Assembly (NCBI GenBank): GCA_028825265.1
Contig: JAPKAM010000003.1
Coordinates: 3,547-67,546, forward strand
Source: Planctomycetota bacterium
GTDB taxonomy: Bacteria; Planctomycetota; UBA8108; UBA1146
Reading direction: 5' to 3'
DNA: 64,000 bases
The notes beneath the pieces are model-generated. The model had not been told where the DNA came from. It worked only from the letters and a program-made list of their open reading frames with translations, and searched no databases. A program made the position numbers and the translations under genes. Each line of letters starts with the position of its first letter. The stretch's first letter is position 1. Below are positions 10,234 through 22,400 of this stretch, one piece after another.

Positions 10234-11858
10234 AGGATCCCCTGAGGAAAGAGAGTTGCACCCGCTTGTAACTGACACACTTTCCCCAGTTCCATCACCG
10301 ATTCCTGGGGACTGGCTGCGGCCTCTGAGAATGTTGCGGCCATCTTGCAAGCACTGACCGGCAAGAAGGGGAGCAGCATGACCGAAACCGCATGCACCAG
10401 TTCAAGCAGTGCCGCCAGATCGCCTCCGCAACCCTCCGGATCGGTCTTGCGACTCTTCCACGGCGCTGCGGCATCGAAAATTCGATTGCCATGACGAGCC
10501 AGGGTCACTACTCGATCGAGTGCTTCTCTGAATCGTTGCCTCTCGAGAGATCTCGACCATTCCTCCCGAGCAGAGGAAACCACTCGCAGAACTTCATCGT
10601 GGAAGGCTGAACTCTCCGCACCCGCAGGAACCTTGGTATCGAAGTTCTTGGCGGTAAAGGTCAAAAGTCGGTGGGCAAGATTACCCACCACATCTGACAG
10701 TTCGTCATTATTTCTCTGGATGAACTCTTCCCAGGTAAAGGAGGAGTCCTTGCCCTCGGGAGCGATCGCTGTCAGGTAGTAGCGAACCCGATCCGCATCG
10801 AATTTCTCAAGGATCTGTTCGGCAGTGACCCCGACCCCTTTCGACTTGGAAAACTTCTCACCCTTGAAGTTGAGATACTCATTGGCAGGAATTGACGAAG
10901 GCAATCTGAAGTCACCATGCCCCAACAACATCGAAGGCCAGATGACTGCATGAAAGATGATGTTGTCCTTGCCGAGAAAGTGGACGATTTCCACATCTTC
11001 ATCGGACCACCAGGATCGCCATTCATCTTCCTGCCCCCTCTCCTTGAACATCTCCCGAGTGAAAGAGATGTAACCGATGGGCGCATCGAACCAGACATAC
11101 AGAACCTTGTCCTGCGCCTCCTTGAGAGGCACCGGCACTCCCCATTCTAGATCCCTGGTGATACTTCTGGCGGGTAAGCCCTCGCGAATGATTCCACGGG
11201 AGAAGTTTCGTACATTGTCACGCCAGCCTTCACGGCTCTCGAGCCACTCTTCAAGCCTCTCCTCGTACCGATCGAGACGAAAGAACCAGTGCCTGGTCGA
11301 GGTCAGTTGAGGACTGGAGCCACAGGTGACACAACGGGGCTCAATCAGCAGATCCTGTTCAAAGGCGCCGCCACACGCATCACATTGATCTCCTCGAGCA
11401 TCGTTTGCGCCACACAGCGGGCAGACCCCCTCGACATAGCGATCGGGGAGAAACATGTCGCAATCGGCACAACGATACTGATCTGTGACCTTCTCCTCGA
11501 TGTCTCCACGCTCGCGGATCTTGTGGAAGAACTCTTGCGCGAGTTCCTGGTGACCTTCACAAGTAGAAGTTCCGCTGTAATGGTCAAAGGTAATACCCAG
11601 TGATGAAAATCCTCGCTCCTGGATGGCGCGATACCTTTTCACGACCTCTTGTGGAGTGCTGTTTTCTTTCTGCGCAGAGATCGTGATGGGAACTCCATGA
11701 TCATCACTGCCACAGATGAAAATCGTCTCGATTCCGACCAAGCGTAGGTACCTATTGTAGGTATCCGCAGGTAGGTAGACCCCCGCGATATGTCCCAGAT
11801 GCGGATGATTATTTGCGTATGGCAACGCCGCGGTGATGAGCACCCTTCGCGAAGTCAT
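10185..11858 (-). CDS. metG: Methionine--tRNA ligase
   Basis: ITAALPYAN, HLGH, zinc knuckles, YVWFDAPIGY, GKDNIIFH, KFSKS. Confidence 0.97.
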   Translation of the reverse strand: MTSRRVLITAALPYANNHPHLGHIAGVYLPADTYNRYLRLVGIETIFICGSDDHGVPITISAQKENSTPQEVVKRYRAIQERGFSSLGITFDHYSGTSTCEGHQELAQEFFHKIRERGDIEEKVTDQYRCADCDMFLPDRYVEGVCPLCGANDARGDQCDACGGAFEQDLLIEPRCVTCGSSPQLTSTRHWFFRLDRYEERLEEWLESREGWRDNVRNFSRGIIREGLPARSITRDLEWGVPVPLKEAQDKVLYVWFDAPIGYISFTREMFKERGQEDEWRSWWSDEDVEIVHFLGKDNIIFHAVIWPSMLLGHGDFRLPSSIPANEYLNFKGEKFSKSKGVGVTAEQILEKFDADRVRYYLTAIAPEGKDSSFTWEEFIQRNNDELSDVVGNLAHRLLTFTAKNFDTKVPAGAESSAFHDEVLRVVSSAREEWSRSLERQRFREALDRVVTLARHGNRIFDAAAPWKSRKTDPEGCGGDLAALLELVHAVSVMLLPFLPVSACKMAATFSEAAASPQESVMELGKVCQLQAGATLFPQGILYPRLELLDEEEESAS

Positions 11859-11883
11859 CGAATTCCCCCCCCGGAGAGATCCC

Positions 11884-14736
<2,853 letters not shown>

Positions 14737-14800
14737 GCTTGGAGGATAATCGTGCCAGCAGCCTCTGTCCACCGATGCACCTCTGAACCGAGGCACCGCA

Positions 14801-14836
14801 GCACTGGCATCAACACTGACATCAGCACTGACATCC
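14801..14836. repeat. Three tandem imperfect 12-bp repeats
   Basis: gcactggcatca / acactgacatca / gcactgacatcc, between the GT4 gene and kdsB. Confidence 0.7.
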
Positions 14837-14852
14837 CGTCAGGAAAGAGGCG

Positions 14853-15920
14853 CTACGATCCTCTGACCAGGGTCTGGCTGAGACTTTCGTGAAGGTCTTC
14901 CACCCGGTCGAGCATCGCTCTCATCGGGAAGTGAGTACGAACGTGCTCCACTCCGACCGCCACCTGATTCCGCGCCCGTACAGGGTCCGCCAGCAATCTC
15001 GCCCCTTCTTGGGCCAGCGCATCAGGATCTCCCGGGCGAACCAGGGTACAAATCCCCTCCTTGCCCAGCAACGATAGGATTTCTCCTCCGCCGGTGGCAA
15101 TCGTTGGGATTCCCCGTGCCAGGCCCTCCAGCATGTGCAGGCCCGCTCCTCCCCAGTCGCTGACCAGCATCAATACGTCGAAGGCGCGGTAGACCGCATC
15201 GACATCCGCTGGCGGAGCCGCAAAGGTCAGATGCCCCTCGAGATCCATCGTCTTGCAAACCGAGCGAAGACGACGTTCATCCGGACCTTCTCCCAGCACC
15301 GTAAAGACCACATCTCCGATCTTCGTCCGGAGCAATCCCGCGGCCTTGAGGAAATCGTCGAGCCGTCTCCCTTTATCGAGTCGTCCGACCGTACCAATCA
15401 CCGGAATCCCCCTGGGACTCCAAGGTTCTCGCACTCCCTCGGGGATCTCGATACCGTAGGGAATGACCCGAATCTTGTCCTTCGAGATTCCCAGTTCTCC
15501 GACTAGGTGCTCTCGGAGATCCTGATTGACTACAATCACTGCAGCGGCATGGTGTGTCGCCCTTGCGGATCGCTCCCGGCTCAACCAGGAGTGCACGGTA
15601 TGGACCATCGGACGTTTGAGAAGCTTCGATAATCTCAGCGCAATTTTTTGAGCCCCCAATCCGCCTGTAGCATGAATCACCGCTGGACCATAACTTTGCA
15701 GAAACATCGTCAACCGGCGACGCGCCAGCCAGGAGGACGGATATTCGAAGACATCGGCACCGAGCTCGCGAAATCGCTGCAAGAAGACCCCGCCACGGCA
15801 CACCATCTGGATCTCGTGCCCGCGCTGGATGAGGCCCTCTGCGAGCCCCAATGCATGGGTTGTGGGCACCGACCAGTCGAGCCGCCCTCCTACCAGTAGA
15901 ATTTTCAAACGGCCCCCCAT
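14853..15920 (-). CDS. Glycosyltransferase family 4 (GT-B), degenerate motifs
   Basis: LKILLV, HTVH, VIPYGI, IGTVGRL, LEGLARGIPTIAT, LVRPGDPDALA; the ORF-track 5' extension is antisense to queC. Confidence 0.85.
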   Translation of the reverse strand: MGGRLKILLVGGRLDWSVPTTHALGLAEGLIQRGHEIQMVCRGGVFLQRFRELGADVFEYPSSWLARRRLTMFLQSYGPAVIHATGGLGAQKIALRLSKLLKRPMVHTVHSWLSRERSARATHHAAAVIVVNQDLREHLVGELGISKDKIRVIPYGIEIPEGVREPWSPRGIPVIGTVGRLDKGRRLDDFLKAAGLLRTKIGDVVFTVLGEGPDERRLRSVCKTMDLEGHLTFAAPPADVDAVYRAFDVLMLVSDWGGAGLHMLEGLARGIPTIATGGGEILSLLGKEGICTLVRPGDPDALAQEGARLLADPVRARNQVAVGVEHVRTHFPMRAMLDRVEDLHESLSQTLVRGS

Positions 15921-16009
15921 CTCAGACGCGTGAGCATCCCGGTCCTTGCCCACCGACTGGACGCAGGATATACGACCTGGAAGACTCCGACCATGAGAGA
16001 GGTGCCGAG

Positions 16010-16726
16010 GTGCCTGATTCTGCTCCGCAAGACTCGTTCGATTCGATCGCCCTGGCCAGTGGTGGCCTCGATTCCACCACCGTTCTGGCGATGGCCATCT
16101 CGCGAGGATTTCGTCCGCTGCCGCTGACTTTTCGCTACGGTCAGAACCATTCGATCGAGACTGAACAGGTCGCAAAAATCGCCGCATCCCTCGATTTGCC
16201 GGCACCGCTGATCCTCGACCTACCCTTCGGCCACATCGGTGGATCCGCCCTGCTCGGTTCCTCTGCCATTCCCGATGAGCCGCAACAAGGGGCCAGTCAC
16301 CGCCAGGAAATTCCGGCAACTTACGTTCCGGCACGTAATCTGGTGTTCTTGTCACTCGCAGTGGCCGCCGCAGAGGCACGGTCGGTTCGCGACATCTGGA
16401 TCGGAGTCAATGCACTCGACTACAGCGGCTACCCCGACTGCCGCCCGGAGTTCCTGGAAGCCTTCCTGGTCGCCGCTCATCGAGGAACGAGGGAAGGGTC
16501 GAGTGAAACTGATCAACCCTGGTGGAGGCTGCAAGCGCCACTGGTCGAGATGAGCAAGGCTCAGATCATTGAGACTGCGACCGATCTCGGTGTGGATCTA
16601 TCTCTCACTCTCTCCTGTTATGCTCCTGACACTCGCGGCTACGCATGTGGTCGCTGCGATTCGTGTGGGCTCAGAAGACGTGGGTTTGAAGAAGCCTCGA
16701 TCCCAGACCCCACCAGATATCAGTAG
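16010..16726 (+). CDS. queC: 7-cyano-7-deazaguanine synthase
   Basis: SGGLDST, TYVPARN, DYSGYPDCR, SCY..CGRCDSC. Confidence 0.96.
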   Translation: MPDSAPQDSFDSIALASGGLDSTTVLAMAISRGFRPLPLTFRYGQNHSIETEQVAKIAASLDLPAPLILDLPFGHIGGSALLGSSAIPDEPQQGASHRQEIPATYVPARNLVFLSLAVAAAEARSVRDIWIGVNALDYSGYPDCRPEFLEAFLVAAHRGTREGSSETDQPWWRLQAPLVEMSKAQIIETATDLGVDLSLTLSCYAPDTRGYACGRCDSCGLRRRGFEEASIPDPTRYQ

Positions 16727-16793
16727 TCCTAAGAATTGGAACGATTTCTCGGCTCCATTGGCAGAGATCCCAATACTCCCCTAGAATCCCTAC

Positions 16794-17795
16794 GTGCTGG
16801 ATGAACTCACAACGAAGGGGAGCCCGGTGGGAAGCCACATTCTCGTGACAGGAGGGGCTGGCTTCATCGGCAGCCACCTCTGCCAGCGATTACTGGAACG
16901 TGGGGATGAGGTGATCTGCCTCGACGCCTTCACCGATGATTACGACCCCGCTCTCAAGCATGCCAACATCGAATCCTATCTCTCCAGTGACGGATTCGAA
17001 CTGATCAAGGGCGATATCCGTGATCGGCCACTCCTCGAGCAGATCGCCAGAACCCATAGCATCGATGCGGTGATTCATCTGGCGGCAAAGGCGGGTGTCC
17101 GATCGTCGATCCGCCAGCCCGCTCTCTACGTTGACGTGAATCTCAATGGCACGGCAAACCTACTGGAGATGGCCAGAGCACACTCCATCGATCACTTCGT
17201 CTTTGCCTCGTCATCATCGGTATACGGTGAAAGAACAGCGACTCCATTCAAAGAGAGTGATCCGGTCGATCATCCGGTGTCGCCCTATGCCGCGACCAAG
17301 AAGGCGGGCGAGTTACTGTGCCACGCCTTTCATCATTTGCATGGAATCAACATCACGTGCCTACGTTTCTTCACCGTCTACGGCCCGAGACAGCGCCCTG
17401 AGATGGCGATCCACCTGTTTACCCGGCTGATCGAACAGGGACTCCCGGTCCCGATGTTCGGGGATGGCTCCTCTGAACGAGATTTCACATACATCGATGA
17501 CATCAATACAGGAGTCCTCGCGGCCCTCGACCGTTGCGATGGGTATGAAATTTTCAATCTAGGAAACCACCAAAGCATCCGCCTCGATCAATTGATCGAA
17601 TCGATTGCGACCACTTGTGGGCAGCCCTACACCATCGATCCGCACCCCTTCCAGTCGGGAGATGTGTCCAAAACCTGCGCCTGCATCGAAAAGTCCAGAT
17701 CGAAGCTCGGCTTCGAACCGACCATCTCGATCGAGCAGGGCCTGAAACTGTTTCATGACTGGTACTCATCTCAAGACCAGAAGAGTAACGGCTGA
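16794..17795 (+). CDS. NAD-dependent epimerase/dehydratase (UDP-glucuronate 4-epimerase-like)
   Basis: VTGGAGFIGSH, HLAAKAGVR, YAATK, RFFTVYGPRQRPEMA. Confidence 0.92.
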   Translation: MLDELTTKGSPVGSHILVTGGAGFIGSHLCQRLLERGDEVICLDAFTDDYDPALKHANIESYLSSDGFELIKGDIRDRPLLEQIARTHSIDAVIHLAAKAGVRSSIRQPALYVDVNLNGTANLLEMARAHSIDHFVFASSSSVYGERTATPFKESDPVDHPVSPYAATKKAGELLCHAFHHLHGINITCLRFFTVYGPRQRPEMAIHLFTRLIEQGLPVPMFGDGSSERDFTYIDDINTGVLAALDRCDGYEIFNLGNHQSIRLDQLIESIATTCGQPYTIDPHPFQSGDVSKTCACIEKSRSKLGFEPTISIEQGLKLFHDWYSSQDQKSNG

Positions 17796-17810
17796 CCACG
17801 GGAGGCTACT

Positions 17811-18962
17811 TTGTCCACAACCGAGAGAATCCGGATGGTCGCTGTCGGCCCGGACGACACTGCTGAGAGAGCCCAGTGGCTCGAAGCGCTCGGCCATGCC
17901 ATCGACTCCAGTTCCTTCTGCCTCGGATCAGAGGTGGAGAAGTTCGAAGCCGCTTGCAAGGAACGACTGGGTGTGGCTCACGCCTTCGGCGTGTCCAGCG
18001 GTACCGATGGACTGAAGGTGGCTCTCAGCGCCGCCGGAGTCACCGCTGGAGATGAGGTGGTCGTTCCCGCCTACAGTTTCTTCGCCACGGCATCGGTGAT
18101 CGCCCAGTTAGGTGCCGTGCCGATCTTCTGCGATGTGGATCCGGCGACGCTATGCATCGATCCCGCTGCCGCAGAGACTCTCATCTCGCCCAGGACTCGA
18201 GCCATCCTTCCGGTTCATCTGTATGGTCAGACCGCTGACATCGATGCCATCCTGAAGATCTCCCTCAAACATCGGATTCCCATCGTCGAGGATGCCGCAC
18301 AAGCCTTCGGGGTGTTCCACCGGGGCCGCCCCGCTGGAGCCATCGGTACGGTCGGGGCTTTCTCCTTCTATCCGACCAAAAACCTCGCGGCGGCCGGCGA
18401 TGCCGGGATGATCGTCACCCAGGATGACGAGATCGCCCACAGGGTCCGGCAACTACGGGTTCACGGAGATGCCGGCGGCTACAATCACCAGATGCTGGGT
18501 TGGAATGCTCGCATGGACGGGTTCCAGGGCGCGATTCTGACTCTTCAGTTACAACGACTCGATCAACGCCAGGCGATCCGCCAGCGCAATGTGGAGGAAT
18601 ATCTTCACGCATTGCAGGAGCACCACCTGACCTCACAGGTGGTGACCCTCGGGCGCACCGCAGGATCGGACCACTGCTGGCACCAGTTCATCGTGCAAGT
18701 CGACGATCGTGACCAAATCCGCAACCAGCTCGCCGAGCGTGGAATCGACTCGGGCATCTACTACCCAGCGACACTTCCCGAACAGAGTTGCCTCGCCACC
18801 GATCGGTATCCATCGGATGGTCTGGTGGCGATGTTCCCGGTGGCTCAGCGAGCCGCACGCACGGTGCTGGCGCTTCCGGTGCACCACCGACTGCTCGAGG
18901 GTGATCCGACGAGGGTGATCCAGGCGCTGGCAGAAATCGTCGGTAACCGGAGAGGGAATTAA
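17811..18962 (+). CDS. DegT/DnrJ/EryC1/StrS-family sugar aminotransferase
   Basis: SSGTDGL, PVHLYG, EDAAQAFG, SFYPTKNL (PLP lysine). Confidence 0.93.
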   Translation: MSTTERIRMVAVGPDDTAERAQWLEALGHAIDSSSFCLGSEVEKFEAACKERLGVAHAFGVSSGTDGLKVALSAAGVTAGDEVVVPAYSFFATASVIAQLGAVPIFCDVDPATLCIDPAAAETLISPRTRAILPVHLYGQTADIDAILKISLKHRIPIVEDAAQAFGVFHRGRPAGAIGTVGAFSFYPTKNLAAAGDAGMIVTQDDEIAHRVRQLRVHGDAGGYNHQMLGWNARMDGFQGAILTLQLQRLDQRQAIRQRNVEEYLHALQEHHLTSQVVTLGRTAGSDHCWHQFIVQVDDRDQIRNQLAERGIDSGIYYPATLPEQSCLATDRYPSDGLVAMFPVAQRAARTVLALPVHHRLLEGDPTRVIQALAEIVGNRRGN

Positions 18963-19012
18963 AAAAATGGGAGGTGATCGTCGGTTTAAGGGGTTCCGAC
19001 GTCACACTCCCA
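18961..19012 (-). terminator. Intrinsic terminator hairpin with U7 tract
   Basis: TGGGAG/CTCCCA, GTGA/TCAC and CGTCGG/CCGACG stems; A7 at 18961-18967 on the plus strand. Confidence 0.8.
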
Positions 19013-19067
19013 ACAGCGAGGAAGAGTTTGAATAATGACAACGGGCAATTGACTCTTCCCGTATCTG
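18961..19067 (-). ncRNA. Candidate sigma54-dependent small RNA (about 106 nt)
   Basis: Minus strand: stem-loop GGAAGAGU/ACUCUUCC, then a long hairpin and U7; starts about 12 nt after a GG-N10-GC promoter; no credible ORF. Confidence 0.6.
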
Positions 19068-19077
19068 CTTGTTAGTA

Positions 19078-19094
19078 AGCATTATTCATGCCAA
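19078..19094 (-). promoter_or_regulatory. sigma54 (-24/-12) promoter
   Basis: Minus strand TTGGCATGAATAATGCT gives exact GG-N10-GC spacing, with an AT-rich region upstream. Confidence 0.7.
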
Positions 19095-19254
19095 ATGCAT
19101 TACAAGTTCAATACATTTTGGTTATCTGCTAGAATTCATGGAGCAATCGGCGGATCGAGGCCATTTGACCCCTTCCGACTCCAGCACAGACCTTCACTGA
19201 CATTCAGAATCGTCCTCCCAGTGCGTTGAATGGGGTGGCCAGATTCAGCCGAAC

Positions 19255-21444
19255 CTACTGGCGGCCCTCGGCCAGTCCGGCCTCCTGAATTGCACTGAGC
19301 CGCGCATAGAGCCCCCCGGCAGATCGCAACTGTTCGTCGGTACCCTGTTCGACGATCCGTCCGCCATCGAGGACCACCACACGGTCGACATCTCGCACCG
19401 TCGAGAGGCGGTGAGCCACCACCAGCACCGTCCGATCCTCCATCAGTTGCTGCAGCGCCCGATGGACTCGCTGCTCACCCTCCGAATCGAGGGAAGCGGT
19501 CGCTTCATCGAGAAGTAGGATCGGAGCATCCTTGAGAATCGCCCTGGCGATGGTGATGCGTTGACGCTGGCCGCCAGAGAGGCGGTCTCCTCGCTCACCG
19601 ATGACGGTGTTGTAGCCGCTCGGCAGAGCCTCAATTTCTTCATGGACCGAGGCGGCTCGGGCCGCAGCTTCGATCTGATCATCGGTAGCCGCGGGATTCC
19701 CACCCCCGATGTTCTCCTTCACCGTCGAGTGGAATAGAAACGGTTCCTGGCCAACGATGGCGATCTGATCCAGCAGTGAGGAATGGGTCAGATCTCGATA
19801 TTCGATGCCATCGAAATAAATCTCGCCACCGCTCGGTTCCCGAAACCTGGCCAGGATATCGAAGAGGGTCGACTTCCCCGATCCTGAAGGACCGACCAGC
19901 GCCACTCTCTCACCCTTTTTGATCGTCAACTGAATGCCATCGAGCGCAAGACCAGCATCTGCCGCATACCGGTGAGATACATCTCGAAACTCGATCGCAC
20001 GGCTGAAGGGAAGCATCGACCTCGCCTCAGAACCGTCCACCACCTGACGGGGAGTATCGAGAACCTCGAAGATCCGATCGGTCGCCGCCGACGATTCAGC
20101 GATGGTGGTCGCCATCCTCGCAAGGTTCTTGATGGGAGTGTAACAGGACAAAATCGCCGCCATGAACACTGCGAAATCACCAAAGGTCACATCTACGATT
20201 CCGTCGGTGATCACCCAACCCCCGGCAGCGATGGCGAATGCTGCGATCAGATTGTACAGCCCTTCGACCAGGCTTCGGCCCTTGGCCCGAGCCACCTCCG
20301 TACTGACCTGAGCACGACGGAGATTTTCTGAGGTTTTTTCAAATTCCTTTTGCCGCTGATCCTCGAGCCCGAAACTCTTCACCACCCTGATTCCAGAGAG
20401 CAACTGGGATAGGCCCTCGGTGGTCTCTCCTGCATGGGAAAGAGCCCCGCGGAAACGAGTCCGGACCTTCTTCGCCTGGCGAAAGACAGGGATCGCCAGC
20501 AACAGCAGCAAGGGGATCGCTGCCGCCGTCATTTGCCAGGAAGCGATGAAGGCCACCCCTAGGGAGAAGAGGATCGTCAAAGGACTCTGAAGGATTTCAC
20601 CGAACAGCAACTGTACCGATGCAGAAACGCTAGTCACATCACCGACCGCCCGCGAGACCACATCCCCGTGTCGACGCGATTCAAAATACTCCAGCGACTG
20701 ACACGAGAGGAAGCGGAACAATTGATTGCGAATATCGACCACCACCTGGATCCGCACTCGTTGTCCCAGGATGAGCCGGTAGAAACTACTGGTAGCCACG
20801 ACCAAAGACAGCGCAGCGATGAACAGAGAGACTGACCACAGTAGTTGAAGAGATCCGGTTCCCGGAAGTCCGTTCTGAATCAGAAGGTGGCCGGAACCGT
20901 CGATCTCCGCGATGACCGCACTGTCGGGAGAACGATCACCCGGGTCGATATCAAAACCACTCAATTGCGCTGCAGTGATGGACCTGATCTTGGCATCGAA
21001 GACACCATCCAGCCGGATTCTAGAGGCGCGAATATCCTGCACGGTACCGCCGTCGCGCAGTTGAGCGGTCACCAGAAAGGCCTGATCCCAGGCCTGATCC
21101 AGTTCGCCATCCAGTGGGTCATCCGGATCCACTGAAGGAAAACCGACCACCAGCGCTCCATCGATTCGAAAGCGAGATTCGATCCGTTCGGGTAACTGGA
21201 TGTCCCCCGGAAGATACGGCAACAGAAAGTCCTCAAACAGCGCCAGCGTGCGGCCACGAGACCCATCATCACTGGGGGAGATCACTCCATCGATGACCAG
21301 CCCGACCGCTCCCAGCCTGAGGCTGTTGGCGCCTGCGTAGATGCACATCAGCAGCAAGATGGCGATGATCGACTTGTAATGCGGGAAGGCATAGCCCAGC
21401 AATCGGCGGATTCCCGAAGATTTTTTCTGATCTTCAATTTCCAT
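19255..21444 (-). CDS. MsbA-like ABC exporter (TMD+NBD) with a large TM1-TM2 insertion
   Basis: GPSGSGKST, LSGGQRQR, LLLDEATASLD, VAHRLSTV; ATGA overlap with the upstream GT2 gene. Confidence 0.9.
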   Translation of the reverse strand: MEIEDQKKSSGIRRLLGYAFPHYKSIIAILLLMCIYAGANSLRLGAVGLVIDGVISPSDDGSRGRTLALFEDFLLPYLPGDIQLPERIESRFRIDGALVVGFPSVDPDDPLDGELDQAWDQAFLVTAQLRDGGTVQDIRASRIRLDGVFDAKIRSITAAQLSGFDIDPGDRSPDSAVIAEIDGSGHLLIQNGLPGTGSLQLLWSVSLFIAALSLVVATSSFYRLILGQRVRIQVVVDIRNQLFRFLSCQSLEYFESRRHGDVVSRAVGDVTSVSASVQLLFGEILQSPLTILFSLGVAFIASWQMTAAAIPLLLLLAIPVFRQAKKVRTRFRGALSHAGETTEGLSQLLSGIRVVKSFGLEDQRQKEFEKTSENLRRAQVSTEVARAKGRSLVEGLYNLIAAFAIAAGGWVITDGIVDVTFGDFAVFMAAILSCYTPIKNLARMATTIAESSAATDRIFEVLDTPRQVVDGSEARSMLPFSRAIEFRDVSHRYAADAGLALDGIQLTIKKGERVALVGPSGSGKSTLFDILARFREPSGGEIYFDGIEYRDLTHSSLLDQIAIVGQEPFLFHSTVKENIGGGNPAATDDQIEAAARAASVHEEIEALPSGYNTVIGERGDRLSGGQRQRITIARAILKDAPILLLDEATASLDSEGEQRVHRALQQLMEDRTVLVVAHRLSTVRDVDRVVVLDGGRIVEQGTDEQLRSAGGLYARLSAIQEAGLAEGRQ

Positions 21445-22388
21445 CAGGCCTCCTTCTCCAGACGAACTTCCCACGCCTTGGCCTGCTCGATGAAGATGTA
21501 CGCCGAGAGCAATACAGCAACGACGAATCCTGCCATCCCGTCTCGAAAGCCTCGGTCCTTGAAGTATCGCACCCAGAACATCGAAGCACTGGCTCGGAAC
21601 CAGGACCACTTCGACTGTGGCAGCATCGCTCTCTTACGCAATCCACCCACCTCGCCTCTGGCCAGTGCCTCGGCACTCTGACTGGTGTAGCGATTCATTC
21701 TCGAAAGGAAATCATGAATCGTCGGATGGGCGAAGTGCAATACCGATCCTGAAAGTTCACCGATGGGACCATCTACGATCGCTTCGGAGTGAATCGATCC
21801 AGGGGAATAGTCACCCAGCCCGGCTCTAAACAGACGTAAATGTTGATCGTCCCAGCCACCATGCTGAAGCCACCGCCCGAGCAAGTAGTGCTTGAACGGA
21901 ATTCGGAATCCAGATTCGGGGCGGTCGGACTGTAACAACTGTTCAATCTCCTGGCGCAGTTCATCCGTAACACGTTCATCCAGATCTAGCACCAAGATCC
22001 AACCTTCATGAATCTGATCCAGACCGAGGCGCCGGATATCCTCGATCAAACCCTCCCCTCTGGGAGCGTCGATCACCTCCACATCCGGACGTTGCTCGAA
22101 CCACTGGCGAGATCCATCCTCGCTGCCATGATCGATGACGACAATCCGGTCGGCCCAACCGATATTCTGCATCCATGGCTCGATGTTTTCCTTCTCGTTC
22201 AGCACAGCAGCCACCACCGACAGTGAAGCCGTTGGGACGAAGCGCTCCGAGTTGGAGACGGTCGTGGATCTGGATTGCGAGGACAATCGGCCTCCCTCCC
22301 CTGACACAGTCATCAGGGATACTCGTCGATGCTGCAGGTCGAGGAGGCGATCGTCAACCGGACCCGATCCACCGATCCACAGATCCAT
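21444..22388 (-). CDS. Glycosyltransferase family 2 (LPS core glucosyltransferase-like); start may be 22313
   Basis: LNEKENI, VIDHGSEDGS, LDLDERV, RLFR, RMNRYT. Confidence 0.88.
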   Translation of the reverse strand: MDLWIGGSGPVDDRLLDLQHRRVSLMTVSGEGGRLSSQSRSTTVSNSERFVPTASLSVVAAVLNEKENIEPWMQNIGWADRIVVIDHGSEDGSRQWFEQRPDVEVIDAPRGEGLIEDIRRLGLDQIHEGWILVLDLDERVTDELRQEIEQLLQSDRPESGFRIPFKHYLLGRWLQHGGWDDQHLRLFRAGLGDYSPGSIHSEAIVDGPIGELSGSVLHFAHPTIHDFLSRMNRYTSQSAEALARGEVGGLRKRAMLPQSKWSWFRASASMFWVRYFKDRGFRDGMAGFVVAVLLSAYIFIEQAKAWEVRLEKEA

Positions 22389-22400
22389 GAGATCATCGCC

